64,000 nt of DNA from a virus: positions 64,001 through 128,000 of IMG/VR virus record IMGVR_UViG_3300018080_005856; one strand, written 5' to 3'. The notes under the pieces were generated by a model. The model ran no database searches. It saw only the letters and a program-made list of their open reading frames with translations, and had not been told where the DNA came from. Position 1 is the first letter of the stretch; each line of letters begins with the position of its first letter. This document shows, piece by piece, positions 1 to 10,115 of the stretch. Both the position numbers and the translations under genes were made by a program.

Positions 1-896
1 TCCATCTTTAGTAGGGCTTTCAGAGAACTTGCTTTCTTATCTCTAGTAAGGAGGGTAGTCCCCTCTCTCATTGTTGATGTTGTTCGTGATACTGCGTCTG
101 CTACCTGTGACCGCAGTAGTGCATAATCTTCCTGCCTGCTGAATATAGTTGAGACTTTCTTACGCCTTGGTGCGTCTACACCGTTATCTTGATATATATC
201 GTAAGTAAATTTGATAGTGTTTATATCGGGTCGGTTGTCGAATATAGAAAGAGCATATACCCTGGGTTGTATCTGTTCTTTCGGGTCTTTCAAGACGGAC
301 AACAGGTCACTGCCTATATCGGCGCCCCTAGCCCGGGCATACTTGTAGTCTACTATCTCAGCTACGTCAGAATTGTCATAATGAAGTAATAGGTCTGTTA
401 TACCTGCTGCTTGTTCTTTGAGAGGGAGTGTCATTGTACGAACTGGTAACTCTGTAAGCAGCGATAGTCTACCCCCTGATCTTAGGAACCGTTTACCATA
501 GTCCCTTACCATCTTCTTGACAGCTCGACTTGGTTCTGCTAAAGCTGCTTCGCCCAAAGGAAGATGTTGTCTCAGAGCTTCCTGAGAATATGCTGTGGCT
601 TCATCAAGTAACCTTTTTACATTGCTAGCACCAGGGAAAGTCTTGTCACTCTCTGCTGTTCTCTTTAAGAATCCTAGTCCGTCTTCTATGGCTTTATGAA
701 CTGCTACCCCGTATGCATCAGCTGTGGATTTAACGTACGCATCATATGTTGATGTTCCGAGACGTTGCATCATTGCCCTAGCTGGACAAAGGTTCATTGA
801 CGTCACAAATGACGGGGATATATCTCTGCTTGTACTTTTAGGAAAGGATTCCCAGGGGGTCTTTAGGGTTGTGTTTTCGTGAAATAAATCTGCCAT
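1..896 (-). CDS. PD-(D/E)xK (RecB/AddB/Cas4-like) nuclease, 3'-truncated by the window edge
   Basis: Not in the ORF track; translated by hand from ATG at 896 and open to base 1. Motifs: ISPSF..LCPAR, GVAVHKAIE, TELPV, AGITDLL, EIVDYK and QPRVYAL, the usual PDDEXK_1 order. Confidence 0.75.
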   Translation of the reverse strand, partial: MADLFHENTTLKTPWESFPKSTSRDISPSFVTSMNLCPARAMMQRLGTSTYDAYVKSTADAYGVAVHKAIEDGLGFLKRTAESDKTFPGASNVKRLLDEATAYSQEALRQHLPLGEAALAEPSRAVKKMVRDYGKRFLRSGGRLSLLTELPVRTMTLPLKEQAAGITDLLLHYDNSDVAEIVDYKYARARGADIGSDLLSVLKDPKEQIQPRVYALSIFDNRPDINTIKFTYDIYQDNGVDAPRRKKVSTIFSRQEDYALLRSQVADAVSRTTSTMREGTTLLTRDKKASSLKALLKM

Positions 897-911
897 GCTA
901 GTACCCGTATG

Positions 912-1799
912 TTAAATTTCATCGTCACTACCATTATCCTCCACTATCTCGGCATCTACAACGGTGCGATTTTCCACTCCGGATACTACTTTCTCCAGCC
1001 TATCTACAAGAGCTGCCGTTCTGGCCAAAGCGTCTTGGCCAGCTTTCTTCTTATACTTTTCAGCCATTTCAGGAGTAGCAAGAAGTTGACGGTATATCTG
1101 GTCCCTCTGTCTCCTTACCCTCTCCTTTATACGTATAGAAATGGCCTCCTCCTCCTTGTAGTACACCTCTCCAGTTTCTTCATTTACTACCGTAGGTACC
1201 TGGGTTGAAAACCCTTCAGCTGCAAGAGTACCATCAGCCCTCATGGATAATAGGTCGGCCTCTATTAGACCCATGATAAGGTTGTGTGGTATTATATCCT
1301 CTTTAAGCCTTTCAGGTTCTGTTCCTAGTCTTTCAGATACTGAGTCTACATATTCATCATACAACATTGTAACCATCTTTGATTCTATAGGGCATCTTTC
1401 TCCCACTGGGGCCCGGCCTATGATATCATATGGGCAGTTGTCTTTGTTGGAACATTTAGGACCACATACTTGTATTATAGCATTAGCAAGAGTATTTCTT
1501 GGGGATGTTATAGCCTTGCTTAGTTTCTTCAGGACAGACAGGGTCCACTTATTATCCCTGAAGAATTCCTCTCCGTATATACTTATTATATTATCCTTCA
1601 TATATGCGGGGATCTTATAGTGGGGAACAACTCTGTTTGGATCCTTTACACGATACACAGGTTCATCTGATTCCAGCTCGACAGTGATTATTTCCTCTGT
1701 TATGTCGGCATCTCTTATACTGGGAACCTGAGAATCTTCGTGCTCTAGATTCTCATTTGTTCTCCGCTGTCTCTTGGTTTTAGTAGGTTGATCTGGCAT
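912..1799 (-). CDS. Hypothetical phage protein with Cys cluster (possible small terminase subunit)
   Basis: 295-aa ORF with CGPKC..CP..CPIE followed by a helical charged C-terminus. The TerS idea rests only on size and proximity to TerL. Confidence 0.4.
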   Translation of the reverse strand: MPDQPTKTKRQRRTNENLEHEDSQVPSIRDADITEEIITVELESDEPVYRVKDPNRVVPHYKIPAYMKDNIISIYGEEFFRDNKWTLSVLKKLSKAITSPRNTLANAIIQVCGPKCSNKDNCPYDIIGRAPVGERCPIESKMVTMLYDEYVDSVSERLGTEPERLKEDIIPHNLIMGLIEADLLSMRADGTLAAEGFSTQVPTVVNEETGEVYYKEEEAISIRIKERVRRQRDQIYRQLLATPEMAEKYKKKAGQDALARTAALVDRLEKVVSGVENRTVVDAEIVEDNGSDDEI

Positions 1800-2076
1800 T
1801 TGCCTCTTTGCGTGAGATCTCGTTGGCTTCTTTATTGAACCAGCCTATTGGGTCTTTTCCTATTTCCCGATTGATGGTTTCCCTCAGTTCTATTTGGTCC
1901 AATGATGGTGACATGGATGGTTCCTTCTCCAGTGCGCCAGTCATCAGCTTCCTGAAGGTATCTCTGTGTATGAACACAGACTTTAGCTCCCCTTTAGGTG
2001 AGAGAAAAGATATAGTTGCGGCATCCTTGACATTACTGAAGTCTACCATTCTTAGAGTTAAATCCTTATTAGCCAT
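1780..2076 (-). CDS. Hypothetical protein
   Basis: Track ORF 1780..2100. GGAGG upstream of ATG 2076 (MANKDL...) is the likelier start. Confidence 0.6.
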   Translation of the reverse strand: MANKDLTLRMVDFSNVKDAATISFLSPKGELKSVFIHRDTFRKLMTGALEKEPSMSPSLDQIELRETINREIGKDPIGWFNKEANEISRKEANARSTY

Positions 2077-2132
2077 GCAATCCTCCAAGTCATTGTGCAA
2101 TATAATGTGGACATTTTAGCATATTGGTCATA

Positions 2133-2159
2133 AATATACCACTATTTCATCAATGTCAA
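2133..2159 (-). promoter_or_regulatory. Leftward promoter candidate: TTGACA plus extended -10 TGGTATATT
   Basis: Minus-strand TTGACA at 2159-2154 and TG-G-TATATT at 2141-2133. The 15-nt spacer is short, so the extended -10 is the stronger element. Confidence 0.45.
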
Positions 2160-2211
2160 GCATTTATTCCAGTTCTATATGAATATTTGAGCATAAAACG
2201 TTATAAATGTG

Positions 2212-2240
2212 TTGACTAATAGGGACCTACCTGGTAGGCT
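2212..2240 (+). promoter_or_regulatory. Sigma70-type promoter for the HTH gene
   Basis: TTGACT-17 nt-TAGGCT with a TG extension, 30 nt upstream of ATG 2271. Confidence 0.55.
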
Positions 2241-2270
2241 ATATTAAATGAGACATATAGGTGGGGATAT

Positions 2271-2501
2271 ATGGCACTTCTTCATAAACCAGAAGGTTCC
2301 AAAGAAGAAAGACTAGAAGAAGCAGAACGTAAACACGGAAAGACAATGCATACCCTTATGAGCTATGGATGGAGTAATAAATCTATAGCGGCATATCTAG
2401 GGCTGGACGAGTGGACTGTGAGAAGGTTTCGCTGGAGGCATGATTTATCTAGAGAGTATAGACCTGATGGTATTCCGGTTTCCCAGTCTAGTGGTACATA
2501 G
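2271..2501 (+). CDS. Small helix-turn-helix DNA-binding protein
   Basis: GWSNKSIAAYLGLDEWTVRRFR is a classic HTH pattern; the gene has its own promoter candidate. Confidence 0.7.
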   Translation: MALLHKPEGSKEERLEEAERKHGKTMHTLMSYGWSNKSIAAYLGLDEWTVRRFRWRHDLSREYRPDGIPVSQSSGT

Positions 2502-3945
2502 GGGCTTCATTCCCCATCAGATATCTGGCATTCATATGGGCATTTTGTATGGCTGCCACCGCCCTCTGTCTTTCGGTAGCCAATCTGGCATTGCTCAATA
2601 CATCCATTTCATTACCAAACTCTGTGCGGAATAATCCTTTTACTGTTGGTGCTAATCTGGTTATGAGTTCTTCACTCTTTCGGATACCCCATACTGCGGC
2701 TTTGAGACCTTGGGGTATAAGGAAAGCAGCCATTGCACCGGCCTTAAGGCGTTTGGCCATAGCTACTCTTCCAGCATAGTTATCTCCGACGTCTTTTGCA
2801 AAGTTCTGCAGAAGTTTGTAGTCTTGTACTGAAGCTAGTCCTGTTTCCTGAGCTGCTCTCAATGTTGCCTCAGTAGCAGTACCATACGCTCTACCATAAA
2901 GCGCTTTGTTGTGTTTTAGTACAGCTCTAGTAGATACTAGCCTCCGTTGTGCCATATCGTTTCCGGTTAATCTTATAGCATCTTTTCCAAAGAGCATTCT
3001 CTTTCTAGCAGCAAGCCTTTCTTTAGATAGGATATGCCTGCCCTCAACCGGTTTACCTGGCTCTATTCCCCTAACTATATCAGCTATAGAGGTGCGCTTG
3101 AATTCTTTCACACTTCGATCATAGAATTCTCTCAGTTCTCTAGTAGTCCTGGGCCTTTCTCCTCCCCAGGCTGTTCTCCTTGCCTTTATATCTGGCCATA
3201 TCTCACTAGGCATAGGTCTAGTTTCAGTAGGGAAAGGACCGCCAGTAATATCCACTATCTCCCTTGTTATCTTCTTGGCAAGCTCGTCATTCTCAGTAAG
3301 AGCATTGTACACATCAGAAGATATGTGGCCGCTATCTAGGAGGCGCTGAAGACCTCTGTTTATATTCTTGGGTGAGACATAGAACTTATCAAGGCTACCA
3401 TACTTCCATATACCCATGGCTCTGAGGTATTCTACTTCCCCCTCTTTTGTATATATGTGCTTCCATGGTTTTATAGGAGTTACATGTCTATTAGGTGCCT
3501 TCAGGGTTTCCCGGAACTTCTGCAGGCTCTTGAAAACGTTGTCCCTTGTTCCCTTTGTGAAAGAGTCTTTTATTGCTTTTGCACTACGGGCTATGTCCTT
3601 GGTTTTCCCAAATGTGAATGCTTCCCCTCGATATAGACGAGTAGCAGTTGTCTGTATACCATATAATGCTTTACCTAGGAGACCATCAACTGTGGTGGCG
3701 CGATATCCATGCACCATGGATCTCCGCTGGTATCTCCTGTTTATCTCAAAAGGAGATTTCGACATATGGTATGTAGATCTTATAGTATTGGCGTAAAGGC
3801 TAAGCTTCAAAGGAAGCATTGCCACGGATGCGAAGTCAGGAAGTATCTCATGATAGTCAGGCATACGGAATGGGTCAGTCCTGACTTCTCCCATACTGTT
3901 TGCTATTCCTACTAGGTTCTCGCTACTGAGAGGATTGAGTGGCAT
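2488..3945 (-). CDS. Basic hypothetical protein, possibly an internal/ejected virion protein
   Basis: 485-aa R/K-rich ORF ending in LATERQRAVAAIQNAHMNARYLMGNEA. Composition resembles the 40047 and 46367 proteins. Confidence 0.5.
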   Translation of the reverse strand: MPLNPLSSENLVGIANSMGEVRTDPFRMPDYHEILPDFASVAMLPLKLSLYANTIRSTYHMSKSPFEINRRYQRRSMVHGYRATTVDGLLGKALYGIQTTATRLYRGEAFTFGKTKDIARSAKAIKDSFTKGTRDNVFKSLQKFRETLKAPNRHVTPIKPWKHIYTKEGEVEYLRAMGIWKYGSLDKFYVSPKNINRGLQRLLDSGHISSDVYNALTENDELAKKITREIVDITGGPFPTETRPMPSEIWPDIKARRTAWGGERPRTTRELREFYDRSVKEFKRTSIADIVRGIEPGKPVEGRHILSKERLAARKRMLFGKDAIRLTGNDMAQRRLVSTRAVLKHNKALYGRAYGTATEATLRAAQETGLASVQDYKLLQNFAKDVGDNYAGRVAMAKRLKAGAMAAFLIPQGLKAAVWGIRKSEELITRLAPTVKGLFRTEFGNEMDVLSNARLATERQRAVAAIQNAHMNARYLMGNEAPMYH

Positions 3946-3951
3946 AAATTG

Positions 3952-4224
3952 TTACCTTCTCCTGAAGTTGAACTTCAAACCATCTATGCCGGCCTGGTTT
4001 CTATTTGTTCTTATTCCGAATCTTCCAGACTCCATGGGGAATGCACTTCCTGGATAAAGTCCCTTCATCATATTCTCTCTCCAGCTATTAGCTCCTCTTA
4101 TCATAGCGCCACCTGCTACTGTAGCTCCAAGAGTGTATAACGCCCCACGGGATACAGTTGATCCAGCTATTGACCCCATTGTGCGCCTTGTTCCCTTGAA
4201 TATTCCCCTGATAATATCAGACAT
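3952..4224 (-). CDS. Small basic Gly-rich protein with a hydrophobic segment
   Basis: 90-aa ORF with GGAG upstream and the segment GALYTLGATVAGGAMI. Confidence 0.55.
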   Translation of the reverse strand: MSDIIRGIFKGTRRTMGSIAGSTVSRGALYTLGATVAGGAMIRGANSWRENMMKGLYPGSAFPMESGRFGIRTNRNQAGIDGLKFNFRRR

Positions 4225-4237
4225 TCTTTCTCTCCAG

Positions 4238-4285
4238 TGGTATATTATGCGATAATATTCTACAATATATACCTGTAATATACCA
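4238..4285. promoter_or_regulatory. Face-to-face extended -10 elements (10-bp inverted repeat TGGTATATTA) between divergent genes
   Basis: TGGTATATTA at 4238-4247 (+, pointing to terL) and its reverse complement TAATATACCA at 4276-4285 (-, pointing to the 4224 gene). Confidence 0.55.
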
Positions 4286-4297
4286 TAAGAGGTCTAA

Positions 4298-5992
4298 ATG
4301 GGAAGACGCTTCACAGAGAACCAGCTTGCTGCGTTAAAGAAAGAAGTAACCGATCCCGAGGAACTACAGCTTTTATTACTCGCGGATGATCCTGTATTGT
4401 GGGGAGAAACATACCTATATGATCCAGACACAGGAGAAGATAAGTTTGAATGTAAAGAACAGTTCCTAGATCTTTTAAGGTGTCCTAGGCTTAATAGGGC
4501 TGCCCGGGTTGGCCGGCAACAGGGCAAAACTGTTCATCTCTGTGTTGACATTCTATACAAATGTGCCACAACCCAGAGGAATGTTATCCTTGTCTTTATC
4601 CCATCAAAGAAACATATGAACCGGATGCTTGAGATTGTCAGTAACCTACTTCGGACATCAGAATTAAAGGGTTCATATAAGATGGGGAAGAAGATAAAAG
4701 CCAGGGACTCTCTGGAGCCCGAATATGATTATGAGATAAGATGTAGCACTGGGTCGGTTGCAAGGTTCTTCTTTATGGATCAGAAACCAGATAAGGCGCG
4801 TGGACAGGCTGCAGATAGCATATACATAGATGAGGCAGAGTATCTTCCTGAGAAAGCATGGCCAGTTATAAATGGTATCATAAAGGGTGATCCTAACATT
4901 CCTATATGGGCATCATCAACTCCTTCCGGTCTAGAGGACACATGGTTCAGAAACTTCTGTGACAGGTGTAGTGACCCAAAGAACATAAACGGAGAGGAAT
5001 TTCACCTCCCGTCGAATAAGGAGAAGAACTGGCCAGAAATAGAGAAGAGATTGAGAGATCTCATATTTGACGAAGTAACTTGGAAACTAGAGGTCTTGGC
5101 GGAATGGGCGGAGGCAAGAGGAGCAGTATATAAGAAGGACATAATAGATAGATCCATAGAAAGGGCTACAATAGGGGGGATATACCCTACCATGGAGGAT
5201 CTGAGATCAACACTAGAGTATCAGCAAGGACGCAAGTTCATAGGCGTTGATTGGAACAACCCCCAAAATGGTGTCAGAATAATAGAACTTACCGAAATGT
5301 ATGATATGCTATGGCTCACTCGTCATGAAACGATAGCATACGAGAAATATACCCAACTATCATCTGTGGATACCCTACTAGCCTTGGAAGATGAAAACAA
5401 GTACACTGTAATATCAGTAGATATGGGATATGGTGAAACTCAGATAGAACTTCTCACAAAGGGATTGTCTGACAGGCGGCTGGATCCGGCAAAGCTGCTA
5501 AATGTAGTTGACTCAGCAAAGAAGGAAACTGTTAATATCGTATATACTTCTCCTGAAGGAGGAAGACGCAGAGAGACAATTTCAGTGAGGGTAAAGACTA
5601 AGCTAGTTGGTCTAGTAAGCAAGTACTTGGAGACCAAGCTAGTTATCCCAAAGGAAGAGGACGAGTATAGGGAAGGGCTTGTTAAGGAAGTAAGGAACTT
5701 CAAGAGAAAGGAATCACTGCGAGAAGGAGGGTTCGTATACTCTGATAAAACCCATTCACTGTCTGCCCTTCAGATGTGTCTTCATGGGTATGATAAGGTT
5801 GATTCCAACATAGTAAGCGATAATACTATAGGTAGAGTAGCTACTGGTGACTTGGTAGAAATGGTAAAAGCAGCTAGGCCTGAAAGGTCAAATACATACG
5901 CTATAGCAGCAGGAAATCTGAACTATCGAGGAAATAGAGGAGGGAGAACAGCAGGGTTAAGTTATGGCAGACAAAGACGAACTGTTTTATAA
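4298..5992 (+). CDS. terL: Terminase large subunit
   Basis: Walker A GRQQGKT, Walker B SIYIDE, coupling motif SSTP, and RNase H-fold nuclease motifs IGVDWN and ISVDMGYG. Confidence 0.93.
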   Translation: MGRRFTENQLAALKKEVTDPEELQLLLLADDPVLWGETYLYDPDTGEDKFECKEQFLDLLRCPRLNRAARVGRQQGKTVHLCVDILYKCATTQRNVILVFIPSKKHMNRMLEIVSNLLRTSELKGSYKMGKKIKARDSLEPEYDYEIRCSTGSVARFFFMDQKPDKARGQAADSIYIDEAEYLPEKAWPVINGIIKGDPNIPIWASSTPSGLEDTWFRNFCDRCSDPKNINGEEFHLPSNKEKNWPEIEKRLRDLIFDEVTWKLEVLAEWAEARGAVYKKDIIDRSIERATIGGIYPTMEDLRSTLEYQQGRKFIGVDWNNPQNGVRIIELTEMYDMLWLTRHETIAYEKYTQLSSVDTLLALEDENKYTVISVDMGYGETQIELLTKGLSDRRLDPAKLLNVVDSAKKETVNIVYTSPEGGRRRETISVRVKTKLVGLVSKYLETKLVIPKEEDEYREGLVKEVRNFKRKESLREGGFVYSDKTHSLSALQMCLHGYDKVDSNIVSDNTIGRVATGDLVEMVKAARPERSNTYAIAAGNLNYRGNRGGRTAGLSYGRQRRTVL

Positions 5993-8525
5993 ACCAGATA
6001 TACAAGAGCCTATAAGAGAAAGAGACCAGGCTCCAGACAAGGTAGTAGAGGAAAGGATATATAAGTCCCAGTTACAGGAAGAACTGGGCATACGCCCAGA
6101 AGATATACCAGACCCGTTAGCATCCTATGAAAGCAAATTCGAGGAGTATAGAAAAGTAGCCCTGGAGATAAAGGAAAGGGCTACATTCCTCCTGGACAAG
6201 ACTATAGAAGACCTAGATCTCTATGTCGGAGATGCTCCAGTACATATCTTGGAGCTTATAACAGACCTTACTGATATAAGTTTTGTAGATGAAAACAACA
6301 ATCTTAAACCCCCTACTGACCCTGTCTATACGTTACCAGTAGAAGTAGCGAAGTGCATCTTCAGAGTAGCTGGAAAGTATGAGCCGAAGGGTAGAGAAAA
6401 GGATCTACTAGCGTCGGCTAAAAGCTTCGACAGTAAATCCTTTACCGATACTGTAAAGAAGAAGATGGAGAGTAGGAGTTATACACAGTCAATTATGTAT
6501 GGACTTCAGCTTCTCCTTACTGTTCTGAAACTGTCCCACGTTATAGCTGTGCACTATTCTGTAGGCTATCTGTGTGGTTTCTTCAAGGGGAAGATAAAGA
6601 TAAAGATACGCTTTAAGATTCCCAAACCTGTAAATAAGAGAATTACCGTATTCAATAAGTGTGTAGGAGATTGGATTTCTAACGAAGTAATAGCTCCAGT
6701 AGAGAGAAAACTCCTTACGGTAGTTGGATATAGTTGCAAGACGAAACAGAAACCAATAAAGAGATGTGACTCTGAGAGTTGGAGAAAGATTGATTTCACA
6801 GAAGTAAACTGTTGTGAAATGTCACCTATAAACTTCGGTGGGACATCAAACCCAGATAAATTCATACAAACGAGCTGCTGGAAGAGAATAGTAAGATCCG
6901 AACTAGATCCTAACTATACCGCAAAGAGAACTATATGCAGTTATGCAACAGCTAAGCAGATAGATTGGACAAGTGAAGGATCTTCCTCCAGGTCTTCTGG
7001 TACAACTGGTATATCGGGCCCGGGGTCGTGGGAAGACGAAGTGTCAGAGTATGAGGCCCAGGCTGCAAACATAGTAGGAGCTTATATAGAGACTAGGCCA
7101 TCCTCATCCGGGAACATGGATCCTCAAAACATACCTACGTTATCAAAATCAATTGAAACGGCAGATGCCGGCGTGGTAATGACTGATAGTGTTCTCAGTT
7201 CTATAAAGAACAACAGGAGATATGAGAGAACAGGATACAGCGAGGAACCGTGGGATTGTTTTGGCATGGAAGATTCTGATCAAAGGACCCCGGAAGAGCG
7301 AATGATGGCTGCCATAAACGATGCAGCAGGTAAGTGGCTTCCGAAAAGTGGGGTTCCCATAGAGGGTAAATCCTATTTCCAGTTTCTAGAGTCTATAGAC
7401 TCAGTACTATCTACTATATTGATGTACGCTGATAAGATAGTATCTGCTGTTGCAAATTTGTCGAAATGGGGGTCATCTAAGCAACTATGCTGTTTCGTGT
7501 ACCTTCTCACAGCGTTTGCTACAATATGGCATTCTCTCGTGAAAAGAGGAACATTTTGTCCTGATATGGCCTATGCTGATGCCTTCAGAAATGAACTGAG
7601 GTGGGCATATAACCTTAGAAATAACAAGGATATGCAAGAGCTTACAAAGCTGCTTCAGGTTATAAAGAATATAGTAGATATATTCATAAACAAGATGAAG
7701 CGCCAAATAATGATCTCTGGGTTCGTTCTTCCACTTGGTGAGATGTGGCAAATGATCAAAGTGGTAGTATCAAATGGTCTGTCAGAGTTCCTTGATATAC
7801 TATTTGGGCCCCTTGATGAAGTGCTGGCCGGCATGCAGACTATTCCTGAAGTAAGACATATGATGAATAATAACTGCTTTGGTTTTGGGGACTTCCTAAA
7901 ATTCCTGCTATGTTTACTGGGCAACCTTAAATGGGGAATAATAAACAACATAATGAGTGTTCTTGACTTTACTCTTCCTGACATTGTTCTGCTGCAGGAC
8001 ATTATGTTGTCCAGAATGAGGTTAAAATCTCTTGAATCCCTATCCAAGTTGCTCGGAAACGTTATAGCGCTTATACTAGGGTTGAAAGACTGCTATGATC
8101 CTAATGAGTTGCCTTCTCAGATAGTACAAGAAGAGCTTAATAATGAGTACAGTAACGCGGAAAGTCTGGCCCAGCTCATGGGTCTAGAGGGACTCGAAAA
8201 GTTAGACGAATATAGTACTCCTATACTATCTGATTCTGCTCTTTTCACTCCGGACGAGCAAGATGCCATTGATAATAAACAAGGTGGGATAGCTCGCCAG
8301 TTTGGAGACTTTGGGCACGCTGCCAAAGAAATAGCAGACAATGTCATGTCTGGCAAAGATCTCTCTGTACAGAGATTCATAGACCCAGAAACAGGGGAGA
8401 TTGTTTCCTTCGGATCGTTTGTAACGATGATGGAAGATATGAGTGGGGTAACTGTAAGCGAAATCCAGGAGTCTATGCTGCATATATTTGATATACTCAG
8501 AGGATATGGTGACGAAGATGTTTGA
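5964..8525 (+). CDS. Large hypothetical protein between TerL and portal
   Basis: 853-aa ORF overlapping both neighbours. Cys-rich with several hydrophobic helices; no motif recognised. Confidence 0.6.
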   Translation: MADKDELFYKPDIQEPIRERDQAPDKVVEERIYKSQLQEELGIRPEDIPDPLASYESKFEEYRKVALEIKERATFLLDKTIEDLDLYVGDAPVHILELITDLTDISFVDENNNLKPPTDPVYTLPVEVAKCIFRVAGKYEPKGREKDLLASAKSFDSKSFTDTVKKKMESRSYTQSIMYGLQLLLTVLKLSHVIAVHYSVGYLCGFFKGKIKIKIRFKIPKPVNKRITVFNKCVGDWISNEVIAPVERKLLTVVGYSCKTKQKPIKRCDSESWRKIDFTEVNCCEMSPINFGGTSNPDKFIQTSCWKRIVRSELDPNYTAKRTICSYATAKQIDWTSEGSSSRSSGTTGISGPGSWEDEVSEYEAQAANIVGAYIETRPSSSGNMDPQNIPTLSKSIETADAGVVMTDSVLSSIKNNRRYERTGYSEEPWDCFGMEDSDQRTPEERMMAAINDAAGKWLPKSGVPIEGKSYFQFLESIDSVLSTILMYADKIVSAVANLSKWGSSKQLCCFVYLLTAFATIWHSLVKRGTFCPDMAYADAFRNELRWAYNLRNNKDMQELTKLLQVIKNIVDIFINKMKRQIMISGFVLPLGEMWQMIKVVVSNGLSEFLDILFGPLDEVLAGMQTIPEVRHMMNNNCFGFGDFLKFLLCLLGNLKWGIINNIMSVLDFTLPDIVLLQDIMLSRMRLKSLESLSKLLGNVIALILGLKDCYDPNELPSQIVQEELNNEYSNAESLAQLMGLEGLEKLDEYSTPILSDSALFTPDEQDAIDNKQGGIARQFGDFGHAAKEIADNVMSGKDLSVQRFIDPETGEIVSFGSFVTMMEDMSGVTVSEIQESMLHIFDILRGYGDEDV

Positions 8526-10098
8526 TAGTATGTCCAGGAAAAGAACAGAGAGGAAGTTCAACAAGCTATATGATAAAGCTATTTCGGAGAAGCAAAGAGA
8601 TATCACACCTAAGCTATTTGAGGAACATTCAAATGGGGTGGGTGATGATTTCCATGTAGTAGTAGGAAAGAGTTTATTCTCTAAGGATCGACCTTCTACT
8701 AGGAAAGTATCCAAGTATCTTACGGAAAGAAGAAGATCGCAATCTGTGAGTTTGCTTAACAGTACTATCATGAGATCCCCATACCTATACGAAAGGATAG
8801 ATACCTTCTATGATAGGGAATCCTACTTCTCGAGATCTCTCATTAGACAAGTAGAAACAATGATGAGGAATGGATATGAGTTCACATCAGAAGATCCCAG
8901 GAAACTAGCTACTACCAAACAGGAATTTACCAGGATACAGATGGATAGTGGGATGCCTCTAAACCAGTTCCTATTCACAATGGGCATGAACCTGCTGAAA
9001 TACGGCATAGCCATAGTTCATAAGGTAAGAGAGAGGGTAAAAGACCCAGTAGCGGTAGATGACAAGAGGAAAAGTAGAGTTACTAGATTGAGATTCGTAA
9101 AACCCCACACAGCAAATTTCTATGTGAACAATAAAGGAAAGATAATAGGGGTATGGGATGGGAACTCAAATTATATATCTCAGGCGATACAGGGATATCT
9201 GGCTAATAATAAGCAGCAGAAGTTCAACGGTATATTAGCAGAAGATCTATTCATAGCCTACATGAGTGACCCCGGGGATGATATATTCCCAGAACCTCCC
9301 TGTTTTCAAATGCTGGATGATGTTCTTACTCTCAGATCTATAGAAGAAACTGTAGAACTACTATGTTTTCAATATGGATCCCCGCTGCTTCATGCCAAGG
9401 TAGGTAATGATGACTATCTTCCAACACCAGATGAGATAGATATTGTAAATGACCAACTTGTAAATGTAGCTCCGAATGGAATGATTACTACGGACCATAG
9501 GGTGAAAATAGACGTTGTCAACATCCAGGATGGAATAGCAAATCTCATACCGTTCTTGGAACACTTCAAGAATAGGGTACTAATGGGGTCAGGCAGTTCT
9601 CCCATATCTATAGGAGAAGGTGATACTGCTAACAGGAACACTGCTGAGAGTATAGATGATGCTCTCGCTGACCACTGTACCTATGTAGCTAACGCAATAT
9701 GCGATCCAATCAACCATAATCTCATACCAGATCTACTGGTAAGATCGGAAACACCATGGTCTGAAACAGACCTTTTCGATGTGAACGGAGAGCTAAACGT
9801 ACGTCTAGAGTTCAATGAAACAAGGTTAGAAAAGCAAATAGCCAGGGACAATAATGTCATAAACCTATGGGAGGGTAATCTATTAAGATTCCCAGAGGCA
9901 AGACGTATCCTGAAGAAGGGCCCGCTAAGGCGTGGTGAAGAGAAGGAATTATATGTTAATATGGTTCAAATACCACTGAAGGAAGCGGGAGTTAAAGATC
10001 CTTTTGCTGATACTTCAGTGAAGAATAAGACTACATCCCAGAACCAGCCTACTAACCAGTATGGTACAAAGGCCGGCCCGGGATCTAGAAAAGACTAA
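8488..10098 (+). CDS. Portal protein
   Basis: About 530 aa, located before the protease and capsid genes. Portal-like motifs LLKYGIAIVHK, YGSPLLHAKVG, GEGDTANRNTAE, RLEFNE and EARRIL. The true start may be 8506 or 8518. Confidence 0.85.
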   Translation: MIYSEDMVTKMFDSMSRKRTERKFNKLYDKAISEKQRDITPKLFEEHSNGVGDDFHVVVGKSLFSKDRPSTRKVSKYLTERRRSQSVSLLNSTIMRSPYLYERIDTFYDRESYFSRSLIRQVETMMRNGYEFTSEDPRKLATTKQEFTRIQMDSGMPLNQFLFTMGMNLLKYGIAIVHKVRERVKDPVAVDDKRKSRVTRLRFVKPHTANFYVNNKGKIIGVWDGNSNYISQAIQGYLANNKQQKFNGILAEDLFIAYMSDPGDDIFPEPPCFQMLDDVLTLRSIEETVELLCFQYGSPLLHAKVGNDDYLPTPDEIDIVNDQLVNVAPNGMITTDHRVKIDVVNIQDGIANLIPFLEHFKNRVLMGSGSSPISIGEGDTANRNTAESIDDALADHCTYVANAICDPINHNLIPDLLVRSETPWSETDLFDVNGELNVRLEFNETRLEKQIARDNNVINLWEGNLLRFPEARRILKKGPLRRGEEKELYVNMVQIPLKEAGVKDPFADTSVKNKTTSQNQPTNQYGTKAGPGSRKD

Positions 10099-10115
10099 TT
10101 ACAGCAGGTGCCGTT

